This document shows positions 32,430 to 34,107 of a stretch of 34,107 bases of DNA, in pieces. Source of the DNA: Octopus bimaculoides. Its lineage: Eukaryota. Position numbers and translations under genes: made by a program. Within the stretch, counting starts at the first letter, position 1; each line of letters opens with the position of its first letter. Under the pieces are notes generated by a model. It had not been told where the DNA came from. It made no database searches and was given only the letters and a program-made list of their open reading frames with translations. The stretch covers positions 12,671,652-12,705,758 of the forward strand of contig NC_068981.1 of the NCBI RefSeq assembly GCF_001194135.2, in the 5' to 3' direction.

Positions 32430-33816
32430 ACGGCGTATGAAGAAACATTGAACTTGTCGCTATAGATAAAATGCACATATATCATGTTTATGTTACACAT
32501 GTACGGCAACATCTAAACTGCTATATAATTTTCTGGTGATTCGATAAAAAGAATCTAATTCGCCATCTATGTTCATATTATTCTGTGTAATACAGTGATA
32601 ATATCATTTGACGTTAGATACATCGATTTTTTTCCTCTATGGCATAAATCTGTAGGAGCAATTTAGGAAGGCAGAGAAAGAAACACATACATCGAGTGAG
32701 AGATGTGCAATGGTAAATATGACTGAAAAATGGAAAACGATATTAGAAGTGATTATTTTATTTAAACAATATACCGACAAAATAAAATGAAATTGAAGAC
32801 ACGTTTTTCATTATTTCCTTTATTACAACTCAGATTTCTTTTAATATCGTTAACATGATTATAGGAAGATACAGACCCCATAATCACTCAATCTAAGAAC
32901 TGAAATAGTTTTCATATATACCATACTTTTAAATGTAAGATATATAATAATTCTGAAAGTATATGCCATGTAGGTGATAGATGTATACTGAAGATGTATT
33001 ATAAAGTACTTACGATAAATATACACGCAATTTATTGTTAACGTTTCCAAGAATGAAGTACCAGAACCGTTTGAATGCCGGCGAAATACGTTGTAATACT
33101 CGTGCTACGTTTTTACATTCAGAACTCAAATCCAGTGGCAGTAAATTTTGCCGTTCCATCATCTGGATTTCAAAAGAGTATAGTCGCATATAAGAATTGG
33201 AACCGACATTATTTGCTAAGTACATATCTTAAAATATGGTGCCAATATGATTTAAATAGGAACAATAGTGTGAATCACCTGAAAAGGAAAATTTATACTG
33301 CATATCTTACATATTAAATATATGCATGCCATTAATATTGACAATATTCAAGTTGAATATGACATAAAATTGTTGTTTGCAGAAATTAATTATTTAAATG
33401 TTGAAACCAGAAAATCTCTATGCATATGTGATAAAGGTGGAAATAAAAATCAGCTTCTTTCGTTAGATGCAAATTATCAGACAACAGTGTATCTGTGATG
33501 TCATTTACAATTCGTCGGTAGAATCTGTTTCACAAAATTCAGTGAATGATAGGTTCAATTTTATGAATTACTTTGCATTAAAATGTCACAAAACCATAAT
33601 TTATTGATTTGGTTAAACTGAAACAGTTTGCAAAAATGATTATTGTAGTTTTGAGAAACACACAATGTATATTGCATGACAGAACTAATAACCTAATAAC
33701 AAATGACAATTTCTTCCGTTGGAAAGAATATTTGCTGTCAGCAAGTTTGTTACAAACTTCCTCGATTCAAACAAAGAATTTGTGACGAATTCATTTTTCA
33801 GTGTTGCTACATTCAG

Positions 33817-33873
<57 letters not shown>
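33817..33873. repeat. (ATT)19 microsatellite; on the minus strand it is the (TAA)n tail/target of the adjacent LINE
   Basis: Read directly. Confidence 0.95.
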
Positions 33874-33876
<3 letters not shown>

Positions 33877-34107
33877 TAGTTTTATTTTTATAACGTGCTT
33901 TCACTTCACTACCGAGCGCAGCTCTGTGCGCCTTGGGTATGTGCTGTGGTTTGCTGTGGTGCTCTTATGTTTACTGTATTGAAAGTGTTTTGCGTAGAAT
34001 GTGTGCAGTACCCAGTAGTGCAATTTTCTGTATGTTATATATATTTGTAAGTCCTGGTGTTTTTGTTATGTATTTGTCTGAATATTTTTTTATTATACCT
34101 AAGGCAC
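33874..34107 (-). mobile_element. 3' end of a young R4/Dong-like RLE retrotransposon, continuing beyond the window
   Basis: Uninterrupted minus-strand frame 34105-33971: ALGIIKKYSDKYITKTPGLTNIYNIQKIALLGTAHILRKTLSIQ*. This is the typical RLE-element C-terminus (Q.A.LLGTA.ILRK.L), followed by a ~100-bp 3' UTR and (TAA)n. Confidence 0.85.

Noticed and set aside
1-34107. CRISPR arrays, operons or other prokaryotic systems
   Set aside because: No repeat-spacer array or gene-dense coding; the sequence is repeat-rich eukaryotic DNA.

Overview
AT-rich eukaryotic DNA, dense in microsatellites and broken by assembly gaps. The repeat landscape looks like a cephalopod (Octopus-like) scaffold; that assignment is an inference. 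No host gene can be called with confidence, only a few candidate exons. Most ORFs in the track are artefacts of microsatellites or N runs. The window is mostly decayed transposons: R4/Dong-like RLE LINE fragments, an RTE 3' fragment, a CR1/L2-group LINE, an internally deleted mariner, Penelope-like (PLE) fragments and SINE pieces. Two observations stand out. (1) A dispersed set of hammerhead-ribozyme (HHR) motifs, each with a palindromic helix III of the dimer-type seen in PLEs. Most lie in both arms of 0.3-0.5 kb head-to-head palindromes (13.5, 15.2, 20.2, 30.3 kb) next to TA/CA microsatellites. (2) A 1.87-kb TG...CA element with a perfect 5-bp target-site duplication. It carries a decayed LINE-ORF1-like zinc-knuckle gene but no pol and no matching LTR pair.
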